Shown here: positions 62,052 to 64,000 of the stretch, piece after piece
Layout of the letters: the number at the start of each line of letters is the position of its first letter
Position numbering within the stretch: position 1 is the first letter of the stretch
Source: Eledone cirrhosa
Taxonomy: Eukaryota
Direction: 5' to 3'
NCBI GenBank assembly: GCA_964016885.1
Contig: OZ024742.1
Coordinates: 45,012,001-45,076,000, forward strand
DNA: 64,000 bases
Notes under the pieces: model-generated
The model's database searches: none
The model's input: the letters and a program-made list of their open reading frames with translations, nothing else
What the model was told of the DNA's origin: nothing
Position numbers and translations under genes: made by a program

Positions 62052-64000
62052 ACAGTAAATATCATTGCCGTTAGGAAGGGCATCCAGCCGTAGAAACCTA
62101 GACAGAAACAGTTCTGTATGAGCAAGACATGGTCACCTGACCTGACTTGCCTCAAATGGGACAACCCGTCTAACCCATGCTGTGTGTAGAAAGTTGATGT
62201 TAAACAATTATGCTGATGATACACTCAAGATATGATTGTTTTTGTATTTTTTTGTTTGTTTGTTTGTTTTTTTACTGCCTATTATTTTTGTGTCATGTGA
62301 CTTGGAATATTTCAATGTAAAAATTGCTGAACCCTTTTTTTTTCAACCAGGCTCACAGAGGCCAGTAAATTTTAATTAGTACAGCACTATAGCTGTAGCA
62401 AGATTTGAACTTATGTCCTTGTAGTTAGAAGTAAAAGACTTTAACCCTACAGCAACTACCTTTCAGTTAACACATATGTATCTCACTCTGGAGTGAGAGT
62501 AAAACTCAAGACATTAGCCAAACCATATTAGATCATCATCATCATCATTGTTACCTTTACTTTTCCATGCTGGCAATGGCTGGACGAAACATTTTTGTGA
62601 CAGTGTCCTACAGTTGGCTGTCCTTGTTTTTAGGTAAGGTTCTGATCTTTGCACCTTGAACCAGAGCTATAGGACATATTGTTTATGGGATATAAACAAA
62701 TGTCACTGCATGTGCTAGTGGTATGAAATGTGGAGCAAAGAACTACATGGTATAAACAACACACACACACAAAAAGCTTCCTTACAGTTTCTGCCTAGCA
62801 GATTCACTCTCACAGTAGTGGGTAACTTGGGGCTAGGCTATTGTAGAATAGACTGGTCTAAAGGGACATACAGTGGGCTGAACATCCAAGCCTCAAGGTT
62901 GTGAAGTGTACTTCTTAATCAAAGTCATGACTGTGACTATAGATTTTGAACAGAATTCAATATTTAGACTGTGATGCAATGAACAAAGAAAAGCAGAGAA
63001 TTAACCAAATGTAAGACGTTCAGAAGAATCTTCTAATTTCTTTCACAAGTTATTTTACTAGAAATCTATGTTAATTAGTATAGATTTGGTTGCTTTTTAC
63101 TGAAGTGCCATTTCTTCCAGATCTGTTAAGAAAGGCAAATTAACAAAGCCTGTTACTTGATACTCTTTTTATGGACTTCATTTTTAAAGATTTATATATA
63201 ACATAGATTTGCAGCTTCCATGCATACTCATTTAGTTCTTTGATTTTCATATTGTGCTACAATGAAACCAATAAGTCTTCTTTTAAATATATATTTCTTG
63301 TATTATGCCAAAATCAGACATAGATCAAACATGCATTTCTTCACAAATTATAAACAAGATATATATTTAGTCCAGAAATATGTCTATCTTGTTTTTTTAA
63401 TAACAATTAATTACTTTATATAACTTATTGCATGGCTGTGTAGTTAAAAACTGCATAGTATGGTGAGTGGAATTTGGTAGACAGAAACTGTATAGAAGCC
63501 CATTGGGGAGACTGTCCTTATACTAAAGTGGTAAACTTAGTCTGACACCCAGTTCAACACCACCATTGCAAGCATTTGAATCCAGAGTTTTCTGTGAGAT
63601 CAACTTCCTCCCTTCCATCTTTTACTAAGCAATAAGAAAAAAAGAGAATAAAGACTAGTAGTTCTTAACCTTTTTTGCCCCATGGCGCACCATAGCACTT
63701 CAAACATCTGATGCTCTCCTAAGTATACAAGCATGTTATGTGATGAAAAGTTAGTGTAAAATTTAAGAAAATTGGGCATGGAGAGGCTAAGAGCTTGTCC
63801 TCAAACTTTGTTATCCACACACTCCCAAAGTACATGTAGAATGATGGTAACTAACTCTATAAGAGATTCGCTTATCATTCACTTCATGCAAAACTTGCAT
63901 CACACACGCACACACACCTGCTGGAGTTTGATAAAAGTCATTCCTCCCCACATACTAACAAAAAAACAATAAAATGTTTATCTTTAAAATTTAATTTTAG

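Noticed and set aside
63980-64000. Splice acceptor for SNX27 exon 4 (ttaattttag)
   Set aside because: Falls at the window edge with no downstream sequence to test.

Overview
AT-rich, microsatellite- and transposon-dense animal DNA. The SINE/LINE repertoire and (TA)n density suggest a coleoid cephalopod such as Octopus; this is inference, not proven. The only clear host gene is the 5' part of sorting nexin-27 (SNX27, + strand): three coding exons (20197-20456, 58122-58204, 60027-60175) that splice in frame to give the PDZ domain and the start of the PX domain, with a 37.7-kb first intron. The rest is mostly mobile DNA: a nearly intact R4/Dong-type RLE non-LTR element, CRE, RTE, Tx1/L1 and Penelope-like (PLE) remnants, a mariner, a Tigger/pogo relic, hAT/piggyBac/Tc1 MITEs and several tRNA-derived SINE families. 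The most interesting signal is a dispersed hammerhead-ribozyme (HHR) system. It includes a non-coding, terminally redundant 682-bp unit with a canonical type I HHR (retrozyme-like, 15118-16001) lying tail-to-tail with a PLE that has its own minimal HHR. It also includes several more HHR motifs in (TA)n-flanked inserts, some with the U3:A8 compensatory core, and three 190-300-bp fold-back palindromes whose centres or arms coincide with HHR-like helices. All folds were made by eye and need computational and biochemical confirmation.
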